From: the human T2T-CHM13v2.0 reference genome, Homo sapiens
Assembly: GCF_009914755.1 (NCBI RefSeq)
Contig: NC_060926.1
Strand: one strand, 5' to 3'
Length of the DNA stretch: 64,000 bases
Shown here: piece by piece, positions 1-13,669 of the stretch
Position numbering within the stretch: the stretch's first letter is position 1
Layout: the number at the start of each line of letters is the position of its first letter
The notes under the pieces: generated by a model
What the model saw: only the letters and a program-made list of their open reading frames with translations
Databases searched by the model: none
What the model was told of the DNA's origin: nothing
Translations under genes and position numbers: made by a program

Positions 1-427
1 CTGTAGAATCACTATTTCTCCTTTCCGTGTGGCTTCAGGTCATTGAGGTCTGAAGCTACAGATGGTTTTCTGAATCTGCACTCAGAGTTGGCTCATTAGA
101 GGCCAAACAATGACTTAAGGGCTGGCCCTTCATGGGGGCAGTGGAAGGAGCTGGCCCTGGCAGGTAGTGCCCAGGGCTGCCTGGAGCCTCGTCCACGCGC
201 CCTGTGCCTCCATCTCCCCGTCTCTCGTGAAGGCCTGGCCTGAGAGTTCACGGACCATCTCCAGATTACCAATCCCCTGTTCTACAACCTCCAGGATGAG
301 AATCCCAGGGTCTCAGGGCTGCCACAAATACACAGGCCAGTGACACTGATGGCTTCTTTCTTTTCTCACTGCTCCTCTAGTTTCACAAGTTCTGTCCAAC
401 TGTCCCAAGAACAATGATTACCGACCA

Positions 428-801
428 TGTTTGTTTGTCCTGGCTGCCATAACAAAATACCACAAATGGGTGGCTTCAACAATAGAAATTTATTTTGCCA
501 CCATTCTGAAGGCTGGAAGTCCCTGATCAGGTTTGGTTTCTGGTGAGGTCTGACACCTTGTCTTATAGACAGCCACCTTCTCCCTGTGGCCCCACATGGC
601 CTTTCCCCTGTGCATGCATGGAAAGAGAACCCCGGCGTCTCTTCTTCTTATGAGAACACCAGTCCTGGAGGATGAAGGTCCTACCCCTAACTCTTCATTT
701 AACCTTTATTACCTCCTACAGGCCCTATCTCCAAACACAGCCATGTTGGGGGCTGGGACTTCAATGTATAAATTGCAAGGGACGCATCTAGGTCCACAGT
801 A
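428..801 (-). mobile_element. MLT1A0-like ERVL-MaLR solo LTR
   Basis: Begins ...ggctgccataacaaaataccacaaatgggtggcttcaacaatagaaatttattt, the reverse complement of the MLT1 3' end, and ends with the reverse of the MLT1 5' end (ctatctccaaacacag...ggtccacagta). Confidence 0.85.
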
Positions 802-1887
802 GTGACCAGACGCCAGCTCTCGTTTCCTCCATGCACAGCCATCAAAGCACACCAACGAGTCCTTCTTTCCTACCCTAGTGCACAATTCCACGTAGCAATG
901 ACCGTGGCTAGGCCCCTTTCTACAAATGCTGCAAAAGAAATCCAGGTGCGCTTCAGCAGTCTTTTCAGAAGACAGGAGTTGTGAGCTCAGGCTCCCTGCA
1001 CAGGGTTTAAATAAAAAAGTACTAAATCAAGATGGGTGTTATCAAACAAACTCCATGTTCTCACCAGGAAACCTCCCTGGTGGGGAATTGAATAGAGGAA
1101 ACTGCTTGTGTTCAAGCTGAGCCTCTGAATCACAGGGCCGTTATCACACCCACTAAAATCCCTATTGTGCTTTGGACAAGAATCGGGGACATGCACAGCA
1201 GGGGCCTGGAAGGATTCCACTGGGATACTTTACCAGGCCCCAAGGGCCTCCCTGTCCGCCTCCCTTTGAAACACTATTAGGAGACTGGGGCATTTCCAAA
1301 TGTGACCGACCCATGTTTTCAATCATGTTAATCACATTAAATCCACAAACACAAACTCCACCTCCCTCTGTGTGCCAGGCTCTGAGCTAGACTCTGGGGA
1401 GCCCTCGAAAAGCCCTGAAGGCTTCTTGGAGGGAGAAGAAACTCACCAGAGCTGAGACTTTTTAAAGCATCAAACCACATGAGCGTTGTGTCAAAGGGGA
1501 CTTCCAACTAAGAAAAGCTGATATGAAGGGAAGACCAGAGGGAGGGACCAGCAGGGACGGCACCAGAAGGATGATGGAGCTGAACCCACAATGAGGGAAA
1601 CTGCACAGCGAGAGGGAAGAAAATGCCCCAAAACAGACCTGGCAGCCACATCCTCAGCAGGCTGGAAGAGACAGAACTGTGAAAAGTGTGTTCGTCCCAC
1701 TGGTGGCAATTTGACCTCCTTCACGTGTTGCCAGCACCTTGGAGCCTGAGGAGCTGAGAAAATTGCCCATTTTCTGATCTCAACGCACACGTAAGGTTTG
1801 GTAGGTACTGCGGCAGCCTGGGTGGGGGTGGGAAACACAGCCGGCGCAGGCGCAGTGAGCATCCGCCCTGGGACCTGGCACCCGCCA

Positions 1888-2000
1888 CGTTCCGTTCTCT
1901 GGGCCTCAGTTTCTTCACTTGTGAGATGGGGAATGATACCAGCAGTCCCTCCTACTTGCTGGGGTCCTTGCAAGAATCAGATGAGAAAATGGATGTAACA
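1888..2000 (+). mobile_element. MIR fragment
   Basis: MIR core ctctgggcctcagtttcttcacttgtgagatgggga. Confidence 0.7.
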
Positions 2001-2129
2001 GAGGGGTAGGACCTCAGGTGCTCTGTGGCAACAGGGCTGGCACCACTCAGCACAGAAACAGCAGCGGAAGAAACAGAGCAGCAACGTGCACCTGTCCATC
2101 AAAGCCCCAGCTCTGCAGCCGGAGAGACC

Positions 2130-2330
2130 CCCTGCATTCTTACCTCAGCTCACCCAGCTACTGGCTTGGAGAGGTCACTTTACCTCGCTAGACCTGTTTC
2201 CTCACTCATTAAAAAGAGACGACTCCCTACACTTCTAGGATTAAATGAGGCAATGCTTATAAAGCCCCTAGAACAGCTTCATAGAGGGTCATTTGTTCCG
2301 TTAACAGGAGCTATTGTTATTAGTACAGTG
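2130..2330 (+). mobile_element. MIR fragment
   Basis: ggtcactttacctc...tgtttcctcact...ggattaaatgaggcaatgcttataaagc matches the MIR core and 3' part. Confidence 0.65.
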
Positions 2331-2659
2331 GTTTTCATTATTATTGAGAGGGATCAGTTATTTATAACCCTCAGAAGCCCAGGCGCACATTCAAAGGGAG
2401 AAACCCAGGGAGTGCGGGCTCGAGCTCGGGATTCCAGAGCTGCTCGCTCCTCCCTCCTCTGCTTCTTGCTTTGCTGGACACCCGGGTCTCCTTGGTCTTC
2501 CAGATCTTCCCCGTGTTATTCCCTCAGACTGGAAACTGCTCCCCTCTGTGGGGCGTGGCCAATTTCTGCTCGTTTTTCGGAGGTGTCACTGTGTGACACC
2601 TGTGTGAGTGTCTAAACCCCGCCATCCCTGCTACGCCTGCCTTCAGTTCTCTGTTCCCT

Positions 2660-3210
2660 CTCCGGATGGTAAGCTCTGTGAGGGCAGGTGTATTAGTTCC
2701 CCAGAAAAGCAGGGCAAATAGGATGGGAGGGAGAGAGAGGGGAAAGAAAAGAGAGAGAGAGAGAGGTTTTAAGGAATTGGCTCATGTGATTTGGAGGCTG
2801 GTAGGATCTGCAAGACAGGCCCAGGGAAGTGCTGACGTCACACCTTGAGTCTAAAGGCCTTCTGGGGGCAGAATTCCCCCTTCCTCTGAAGACCTCAAGG
2901 TTTTTTTTTTTCTTTTAAAGTCTTCAACTGATTGGATGAGGCCCACCCACACTGCGGAGGGTCATCTGTTTTCCTCAAAGTCTACTGATCTAAATGTTAA
3001 TCTTATCTAAAAATACCTTCACAGCAGCATCTGGACTGGTATTTGGCCAAGCATCTGGGTGAGATGGCCCAGTCATGCTGACACGTGAAATTAACCCTTG
3101 CAGCAGGGGCTGGCCCTCCCTTCTTAACCTCTGTGGCTATCACTGAGCAGAGGACCTGACATTAGCAGGTGCTCAATAAATATTTGTCAAATAAATGAAC
3201 AGATGGATGG
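2660..3210 (+). mobile_element. L2 3' end, split by the MLT2 LTR at 2689-3102
   Basis: gtaagctctgtgagggcagg before the LTR; ...caggtgctcaataaatatttgtcaaataaatgaa after it (L2a 3' terminus). Confidence 0.75.
2689..3102 (-). mobile_element. MLT2C-like ERVL solo LTR with intact 5-bp TSD
   Basis: TG...CA termini; contains aaggaattggctcatgtg, tcaactgattggatgaggcccaccc and gacacgtgaaattaacc; GCAGG TSD at 2684-2688 and 3103-3107. Confidence 0.88.
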
Positions 3211-3869
3211 ATTAGTGGTTCTATATAATCACTTAGAGAGAAACTATCATATGTCAGAGATAATCTGTTTTAAAAATCCACTTTTAACTGGTTTGGCACA
3301 AAACAAATGGACTTTTGGAATAAAGCATGTGTTCTATTTCGAGTCTTCCTCTTTGGACCCCAGAGGTCGACAGCATCCACAGTCCAGGCCAGCTGCCCCT
3401 CCCAGGCCTGGCTCACACCACGTTGCAGAGAACACCATTCTCTGGAGGCCAGGATAGGAAAGGGCAGGAGACACTCCACTCCTGCCAAGAAACTAGCCCC
3501 TGCTCTTCTGCCTCAGGAAACAGCCAAGGCTAAGAGGAAGCCCCTGCAGGTGTCTGTTCCAGGGGCTTCTGTGTTTATTAGTATTCCCATGAACTGGGAA
3601 AAACAACGGTGCAAAGCGAGCTACCCAGTGTGTTACAGGTTGTTTGGAAAACACGCTTGTAAATGTCTGGTTAGATAATTTATATGAATGTGCCTCAGAT
3701 ACAAGATGACCCTGGGCCGGGCTGGTGTGGCTTATTTGCAGTTAGCCTCCTTTCCTCTTGTCGCATCTTAAACATTATGCGGGGTGAGGCTTGGGATCAC
3801 AGAAGCTTATCTTCTAGGGAATGAGATGTTTGCTCCAAGATAGAATTCAGATGAGAGAACTGCAAAATT

Positions 3870-4010
3870 GATGAATTGGAAGGAACACGGAGATCATCTG
3901 AACACCAGCAGATGAAGCAGAGGCCCAGGAAGGCCAAGTGCTGGGCTCAAAGCCACAGGGCAAAGTCATCCCAGAGCCAGAACCAGGGTCCAGTTCTCCT
4001 CGCCCTGTTG
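3870..4010 (-). mobile_element. MIR fragment
   Basis: cagatgaagcagaggcccagg...aaagccacag...cagagccagaaccagg resembles the reverse MIR core. Confidence 0.55.
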
Positions 4011-5517
4011 CTCAGGAAAGTTACAGCCTGGGTGGACTCATGAAAGTAACCGGTTAGACTATAATTCGCAAAGATAGAAAAATGCCTTCTGGTCTAAAAT
4101 TCAAGTCACAGTTTAGACCAGAGATAAAGTCCATGATTTTTCCCTTGCTAAAACCAGTATTTATGGCATTTGAGTGAGCAGTAAATTACTAGTTGCAAGC
4201 AAAAAATGTGCTTTCTACATGTTCACAAACATATCATCACCTCCAATACTGCATCACTATAATACAGTATATGGCAAATTAGCCTGTTATATTTGGGGTA
4301 ATTTAATCAACTGTCTAATATATACTCTACCAACCCATGTATGTGACTCATAATTACAGTGTATTGACTCAAATAACTTCATATTAATGGGCCAACAAAC
4401 CACTTTAAAATGAATATCAGCCTTACCTCATATATACATGTTGATTTTATAAATGCGCGACTGTAGGATGAGATCTAAATGTGCAAAAATACATTTACCT
4501 ACCAGAAAATTCCAATGACATTTGGTTTCAGAATGATGAGGAAAAGCTCCAAGACCCAAGTAGAAAAAAGAATATATCCGTTCCAGAGCGCCATTCATCC
4601 AACTCACGGAGACAACATTTTCCTCAGTATCTTTTGAGATACTGGGTTTCAAAAATTCAATTTCCTAACATATAAAATCCGTGCACACACATGTTGGCAA
4701 TCAGAACCTTTCTGGAGGGTCTGCCTGGTAGGCAAGCACGTGACTATGAGGTCGCACTTGAACTACAATAAGACAATGTCCGTGGAGCTCAGAAGAAGTT
4801 GCCTTTTCTTTTATTGACACATGTATGTTATATCAAAGGAAAATATTTTCTCAACCCTTCAGGAGGGACTTGCCTGGCAGGCTCTTGTTTGTGTGGGATG
4901 AGGTTAAGTGAGCCATGCCTTGGATGAAGAGTGTTCCGTACCTTGCAGCTCTCACCTCAGGAAGTAGTTTTCAGTGTGGACTCACTCATCATCTTCCTTT
5001 TTCCTCTTGTGCTGGGAGGACACTGTGTTGGTTCAGGAAAAGCTTGGACCGTGAAAGGGCAAATGCCTAGGGTTTGAGCCTCCCCTAACAGTCCTTGCCA
5101 TCCCATCTCACCAAATTGCCAAATTCTTCCTCTCTTCCCTACAGCATTGACAAGAGTTTCTGCTGAATGCTTCCTTTGTCAGAGCAATTCTCCTTGATAC
5201 TGTCAGTTTGTTAATCATCCCACTCCCCTTTCTAGCTCAACCCTTTTGATTGTTTTTTAATTAGTTTGGTTGACCAAAAAAGAACAAGAATTTTAATCTT
5301 AGTTGCTTTGACATCATAAGGTAGCATTAATTGTGATTGCCACAAGCCCAACTGAGATGCAAAGAGGTGCAGAGACACCATTTCCCCTGTTGGTAAATAC
5401 TTCCGATTTTTGCAGGAGCACTTTCCCATCATTGCAGAGTATCAAGGGAGAAAAACCCAGTCTTCTTCTCCTGCTGGAATTCCCAACAAACTCCATTACT
5501 CAATGAAAGATAGCCAT

Positions 5518-6918
5518 CGATGTTTCTATGCAGGATTCCTTTCCTGCTTTTCTCAGGGAATGTATGTATTTCTGAATCCCAAGTCCTAAGAAAAATAAGT
5601 TGTGAAAACAGGAAAGCTGGAGGAACTATCATAATGTTCCTACAAGAAATAGAGTTAGCAATCAAGACATTATTTGTTCAGAGGAAGCCACTGATTCAAG
5701 TTAAAAAACAAGAGCAGAAAATGTCTTATGTAGAGTCCAACATTAGGGTCAAACTTTCTGGAAATCAGGTGGGGGCAAAGAACTGAGAAGCAAGGTAATG
5801 TAATCAGTTGGTTTTGCTCATAGCTGTTACTATAAGAGTGAGTTCTGGCCCTGTCTGCTGCAAATGGTGTGTCATTGTTACAAACAAAATAAATATGAAT
5901 ACCTTTATACACAGAGTACACTTTACACAAATCCGATGACTGGTGTTCTAAGAAATAACAAATTTTGGAAGCAAAATAAATCCTTAACTTGGCAACACTG
6001 ACATGATTCTGTGTAGTTCTGTTAAAAATGCTGGGAGATCCAAGTGTTACATTATTGGAATAATACCCCAAGATATTCCTTAGCATTTTCCAATGTTTGA
6101 ATATTTACTAGAGGCTACAGTTCTTTGTGAATACTTTAATAGGAGAAATGCAAAGATAAGACATCAATGTGGAATACTTCTACATGAAATCAGAAATTGA
6201 TATGAAATTCAGATTAGCAAAAGTAAGATGGCTTTCGAAGGCAAAACCAAAATGAGGACCAGTAGACAAACTATTTTCACTGTTAAAATAGGAGACAAGC
6301 AACATGCCCCCTAATAATCAAATTGAGGGTGCTTTTGGAGGCACATTTATAATTCGACCAACTCGACATGAAATAGAAAAAAACTGTGTGCATCTTAGGT
6401 ATTTGTTACAAAACATGGATCAAAACTATTGCACATGGCAACTGATGTTTTGAGTGTTTTAAAATGTTATTTTTAAGAATGGCAACTTTTAGATATTTAA
6501 TATTTTGATAATATCTTTCCACTTTTAAATAATTTTTATTTGGCGTATATTTTGTGTTAAAGTTCTCTTAATGTTTTCTATTATGGAATGGTTCTATCAA
6601 AAAGAGATCACTCTTGCAGTTATGAAAATATTTCATCTTGTCAGCAATACATCACTTCATAATCATAATAAACCATGCATTTGCTATCATATATTTTGTT
6701 TGCAGAAAGTTTCTGAAAGTTTTATCATAGCACTATTAAAAATGATTTACTATTTATTAGTATGATCACTTATAATTAATTTAAAATATTTATATAAAAT
6801 ATTACTAAAAAATAAAGACTAACTTACAATTTCAGGGATTCCCTAGAATTCTCAGGAATTCCAGCTTCTTATTCTCAAGTCCCAAACATTAATATTTCTT
6901 GGGAGTGTGAAAACACTA
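5518..6918 (+). mobile_element. Ancient hAT-superfamily DNA transposon fossil with degenerate transposase C-terminus
   Basis: Frameshifted pieces at 6323-6476 read LRVLLEA / IIRPTRHEIEKN / FVTKHGSKLLHMATDVLSVLKCYF*, resembling the hAT dimerization motif (LTIxPTSVxxERxFS..G.FVTK.RS.L....D...FL..Y). Subterminal ggaattcc/gggattccc motifs occur at both ends and the 3' terminus reads ...gaaaacacta. The left boundary is approximate. Confidence 0.6.
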
Positions 6919-7455
6919 CGTACAATGGTGCTTATGTAGATCTTGTAATGTAGATTTTGGCAGACAGAAAGTACAAGTTTCGCCAAGTAACATTATCCAG
7001 CATCGTAATAAATGCTAATATGAAAAGGCAAGCAAACTTAATAAGATTTATAAAATGAAAGCCACATTGCTTTGATGATGTGATAACGTAAAGGTAAAAT
7101 GTCTCTTCCAACTTGTAGTACTTCTTTAGAGCTAACTTTTATTTCACTTAGAAATGTGTGGAAGAGTTAATCCCTATAAATAGTAATAATTATTACTGAA
7201 GTAGAAACTTAAATCCTTTGAAATTTAGATTCTAAACTAACATGCATTCTTTAAATCATTTTACACATGGTATCCCTTGATATTGGTGGTGAGAAAAAAG
7301 AATGAAAACAAAGAAATAGAAAAGAGGCAGTTCTTATATAATCTCACAGAAAAATAGATTTCCTTGAAAACAGTTTTTGGAGAGAAGCCTTGGGTCTGAA
7401 ATAATTCAATAAAATAAACATCCTCTGAGCTATTCCTAATTTATCTTTACTTGAT

Positions 7456-8194
<739 letters not shown>

Positions 8195-9067
8195 AGTAAA
8201 TAAGACCAAAAAGGCAACAACAAAAGGGGTCTTATGTTCTTCCTCATGAACAACAGAACCTCAGTAACCACTTGAAAAGTTCTTTAACAAGTATAATGTA
8301 TATAGAAACTTTTTAGGAATTAGAACTACTTTTGATATGTGTGTCATAATAAAATAGTAGCAAATTGAAGTATAAATTATATTCTGGGATATTGATGGAT
8401 TCCAATATATGTAAATTTCTTACTAAACCAGAAAAGTATAGGAATGTTGGCACTAGATTACTGACATTAATTGGTGTGCAGCAAATAAAACTATATATTT
8501 TCTCCATCTCTTCCTGGGGTCACCTTGTATTTGCAAAGGCTCACAATGAGATAATAGGCCAGATTTGTAAAAGGTACTCTCCGTTTTGGCCCAGGCAATT
8601 AAACAGAAACACAAAAACTGCCCCCACAATTGCCTAATTGCAGGTGCAATCAGTAACTGGCAGGTGCAATTAGGCAGGAACCTCATTCAGGAGCTGTGAG
8701 TGACAGATTAGTCAATTATTCAATAGTAGACACAATGATTTTCACATGCAGTTTTGTATTCAAAGCTACTCATAGACTTTAAAATTGATAAATGATGGGT
8801 AAGACTCATGAAAAAAGTCTTTCCCAAACTAATTGTCTATCATTACCAAAGAAGAGACTGATTTGATTCTTGACCTCATCTATGAACTTGAGTCAACAAA
8901 AGAGAACAGTCCAATCCCTGGCTTAACCCAAATTTCTTAAGAATCCTTTGAAGAATGAGAAATTCAGGATCGTCTTAGACCTTCTAAGGCCTCTCCTCAC
9001 CTTAGCAGATCTTTAATACTCTTTCTGTCAAAGCACATGACATTGGAGTCAATCTAAAACTTGCCCT

Positions 9068-9250
9068 GCATGAATCATTTATTCAGCAAAAATTGTGAAG
9101 AACCATCTCTGTATCAGGGACTGAGATATGAGTGATAGGACATGATCTCTGCCAAGAGGTAATGAGATGCAATAATTGAAGAGATGTGAGGGCAGAGACA
9201 GAAGAGAAGGAACCCCACCCTGCCTAGAGTAGACTGGCAGACTCCATGGG
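9068..9250 (-). mobile_element. L2 fragment
   Basis: tgaatcatttattcagcaaaaatt... is the reverse of the L2 3' end. Confidence 0.55.
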
Positions 9251-9519
9251 ATAGGAGCAGGCATTGGACAGAGTCAAACAACAGGCTTCAAAGCAAAGGG
9301 GTATATATTTATGTGAGAGTATAATCACCTGTCAATCATCAGGGATAAAATGCCATCTAATAATAGCATATTCCGTTTCACAAATTAAAATGAATAATTC
9401 TTCTTTAAAAGGATGATTCTACTACATTGATTAGGGTAAACTAAACGCTTTACTAAATATACCTAAACATATTTTTGACTCAAATGCCACAGAAATCCAT
9501 TTAACAAGATAATAGATTT

Positions 9520-10053
9520 CAAGTCAAATAATCAATAATTTTATCAAGTATAAAAACACTACATACCATAAGTGAAAGACAAAGATCATCAGCCTGAATT
9601 TACAAAAAGCACAATCCAACTATATGCTGCTTATAAGAAACATACGTAAGTATAAAGAAACAGAAAGTTTCAAATAAACAAATGAAAAAAATATACCATG
9701 TAAACATTAATTTTAAAAAAGCTATTCTAATCACAGAAATACCAAAGGGTACATTTCATTATGACAACAGGATCAATCCAACGAGAAGACATAACAACCC
9801 TAAATGTGAACACACATAATAATATAACCTCAAAATATATAAATTTAAGAATTGGTAGAACTAAAGGCAAAATAAATGAATTCACAATCACAGTTAAAGA
9901 CCGTGAAACACACCCCAGTAACTGATGAAACAAGCAGCCATAAATATCAGTAGAGACACTGGAAATATGAACAATACAAAAACATGTGATGTAATTAGCA
10001 TGCATAGAACACTACACCCAACAACTAAAAATACACGTTCTTTTCAAGTGCAC
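9520..10053 (+). mobile_element. L1M fragment, degenerate ORF2 endonuclease region
   Basis: aatccaactatatgctgcttataagaaac, gggtacatttcattatgacaacaggatcaatccaacgagaagacataacaaccctaaatgtg, agaacactacacccaacaac...ttcttttcaagtgcac are typical of the L1 ORF2 N-terminus. Confidence 0.85.
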
Positions 10054-10620
10054 TTATTCTAGGGCTAGCTATGACCTACTACTGAGGCATGACGCATTTG
10101 GTATCTCTGAATGCCCCAAGCATTCAGTGAGGCCTACTGACTTTGGCTAGATAGAATCTGAACATCTCCCAGACCTATGCCAGCTCTAGGAATCACAGAC
10201 TTTACATCTTCCCTGTCCTTCTTGCCTGGCATCATGGAATTTCATCCTCTGCATGTTCACTTTAGTGATCAGCAAGGGAACCAAGAGAAAACCAGCACAG
10301 ATCTCTGGCACTCTTTCCCTGCATGGCTCCTTCTGGTACCCTGTCCCACCAGTTCCAGCATCTCCACCACCTTGAGCCCTGGTCTCTGTCTTCTCAGCTC
10401 AGCAACACCACCATTCTCTGGCTGGAATCCTCTCCCTACACTGAGGTTGAGAAAGTGCTTCCAGGCGGGAATCCATGGCTGTTGGTTCACCTCATTTGTT
10501 TCCGTTACCTGCAGTCTATACTCCAGGGTCTGACAACAGTTGTTTCATAGAGTTGATTCAATTTTCTACTTGTTTAGAGCAGAATAGTAAGTTTGGGCCC
10601 CATTATTTCACTATGGCTGC
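10054..10620 (-). mobile_element. Old L1 (L1ME/L1MD-type) 5' region fragment
   Basis: ttattctagggctag...tactgaggcatgac...cagatctctggcactctttccctgcatggctcc...ggttcacctcatttgtttcc resembles the reverse L1M 5' end. Confidence 0.6.
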
Positions 10621-10904
10621 CTGGGTTTTTTTAATCCCTTTAAAATATTTTATTGATCATTGATGTGTATGGGCTCACTAAACAATTTTGATAGAAGCAT
10701 TTTTGTCCAGTTTCACCATTCTAGTACTGTTCATTTTTTATATTGCTGAGAATATACTTCATCTTTGTGATGCCATATACAGATCAGCTCACACAAAGTC
10801 ATTAGGCTATGAAGGGCAGAAATGTTAGAATCTTGCAGTAGTTGAATTCCGATCTAAAAGGGTACTTAAAAGGTCTATTCCAACCCCTCATTTTCAAAAG
10901 TGAA

Positions 10905-11195
10905 GTAGTAGAAACTGACTAATTGTTCATTGAATCTGTTTCCCCTTCTTCCTGGCCAAAACTAGTATGTATTCACCAGCCTGATGTGCAATTAAGTATG
11001 GCCATGTTACTCATTGCAGCCAATGAAATGTGAACAGATTCTTCAATTCTTTCTTCATCTACCAGCTCGATTACTGAATGACCATGTGGAAGTCTGGAGA
11101 GCAACAAGAACACCCAACTGGCCTTTGTACAAATAGGCATCCTATCTACTTTTAAAGTGTGAAACCACTGGGAGTTGGCAGCTGCTCTTACCTTC
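10905..11195 (+). mobile_element. MLT1I/J-like MaLR LTR fragment
   Basis: ttccccttcttcctgg...ggccatgttact...gccaatgaaatgtgaacaga...aaccactgggagttgg. Confidence 0.6.
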
Positions 11196-11218
11196 ATAGA
11201 TGCATAAATGGGAACTGA

Positions 11219-11675
<457 letters not shown>

Positions 11676-13669
11676 TAATGTAGCTTTTCAATTTTTATAT
11701 ACTATATGCCAGTAGAATATGATGAAGGGAAAAAGGCTCATTCCCTTTCCGTATGCCCTAAAATAGCAGGGCCCAATCAGTAAATACCTTCATAACGTTT
11801 ACCCCAAACATATCTGGCCAAGCACATGAAAGGGAAAAAGATCTTCATCAGAAATTGTAATCCAGAGTAGGCTGGGGGACTTTTTATAGTAGTGGCTATT
11901 TGCCCAGGAATTTTTAAAGAAGGGTAAATTATGAAGCTGAGCGAGTAATCAAGTACACCTTCATCTGAAGATTTAAATACCCATAGGTAGTACTCTGTGC
12001 AGATCCAAAAGTCAATTGTCTCTACCAGATAAGGACCTTGGTCATGTAACTTAGCCTCTGTGCAGCTATCAACTGGTTGCCCTTCAACTCCAAATCCACC
12101 TTTCTTTGACCTGCTTTGTAATACTCTAAGACTCGGCGTTGCCCTCTGAATAATGGGACATGACATTGACACTTGCTTTCTCTATGTCAAAGAATTCCTT
12201 GAGGATCAAACACAGCTGGGCACCAACGCACTGCATATGGTGTCAACAAATCACCTCTGTGTTATTATCATCAGCACACTCGCCCCAATCCTGGGGAACT
12301 ATTTCATGTCAATACTTCTCTCACAAGAGGGAATTTCTGTCCCGGAAACATGTCAGCCCTGATGACACACAGTCATATGGAAATAGGAAGCTAACAAGCA
12401 TTTCTCCTCTCTCCAGTCAAAGCAGCTGTTTCTACACCCTTCTGCTTTTGCACCTGCCCCCAGTGCTGTAAGTTCTATGGAAATTCCACCCTGGTGTCAG
12501 CTCCACACTGAGAGGAAGGAAGGAAACTCTTCCTCAGGTCCCTCTGACCACTGTGGGAACCAGTGGTCATCAGGGTTGAAATGTTTCCATGTTCAGGGGA
12601 TGTAGGATGGTTTTCTCTCCCTCTTCTTTTATTGAAATAAGCTCTCAAGTCCTGTCATGAAAAGGTAAAGCTTTCCTTTACAGGTAAAGTCCTGCAAGAC
12701 AGGGCTTGAGAGCAGCACCATTTCTGAGGCTATTTATACACCCACAGTGCCCAAGGGTCAGGTGCGGCCATGAGCATAAAGCCAAACGACTGAGCTCTGA
12801 CAAGGCTGACTGATCACTCTCCGCAGATTAGTTATTTTCAAGGCAAAGAAGTGCAGGTGCATGGCTTCCTGCAACTGAAATGACTTGCCCAGTGAAGACA
12901 ATGCAGGCACGTACGTCGTGCTTCTCTGACACAGCCAGTACAGTGCAGAGAAAGTCTCTAACCACAAGCTGACCAGGCTGTGGCCTTGTGGCCCCGGAGT
13001 CCCAGTCTCCCTGCCAAAGCCCAGATTCACGGACCCCACGCAAAAAACAGGTGTGAGGCAGTGAGGGCGGTGAAATGGTCTCTATTGTTTTTATAATAAT
13101 CTCTTCTCGTTTTCTATACGGCAGCTTTCATTCAGTCCATTAAATGCAATTTCCTGGCATCACCCAAGCTTGAAAGGCCAGATCAAAAGTACAGAGTGTC
13201 CCAGCTGTGTGGTCCTCGTTCAGACCGAACATTAACCACAGCCCTTGCAGATGATTTATTCCATTGGAGACATGGAGACACCCTGTGTGCTTCCTCTCTA
13301 TGGGATTGGCTTTATTGTTCTCCCGGCACTCCAGTTGTGCAGACATTTCCTTCATGTGCTCGTCTCTCCTACAACAAAACAATTTTGCCCCTCCTTTGAT
13401 TTTACACCTGTAGGGCACATAAATGGGGAGGACCTTGTGGAGCTGGGAGAGCCCATATAGCTCTGACAGACAGACAGACACACTGCCTGCCTCTGTGAAG
13501 AAAGTCCCTTTCAACCTCATGTTTTGGGAAATGTAGTAACTCAGAAAGCTGAATTCTGTGCCAATGATCACATTTTAAGATTATATTTAAGGAACCTAAA
13601 AGGGAAGATGCAATATGCTTGGTACACAATAGGTGATAAATAAATAGCAATAGTCAAAGTAATGGGGAA

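Noticed and set aside
2025-2615. Longest ORFs in the track (196 aa here; 195 aa at 19132-19719)
   Set aside because: They overlap MIR/L2 fragments and have no recognisable domain; the first also starts at GTG rather than ATG.
4481-4675. ORF containing IWFQN, resembling homeodomain helix 3
   Set aside because: It is followed by DEEK rather than RR.K and there are no helix 1/2 residues, so this is a chance match.
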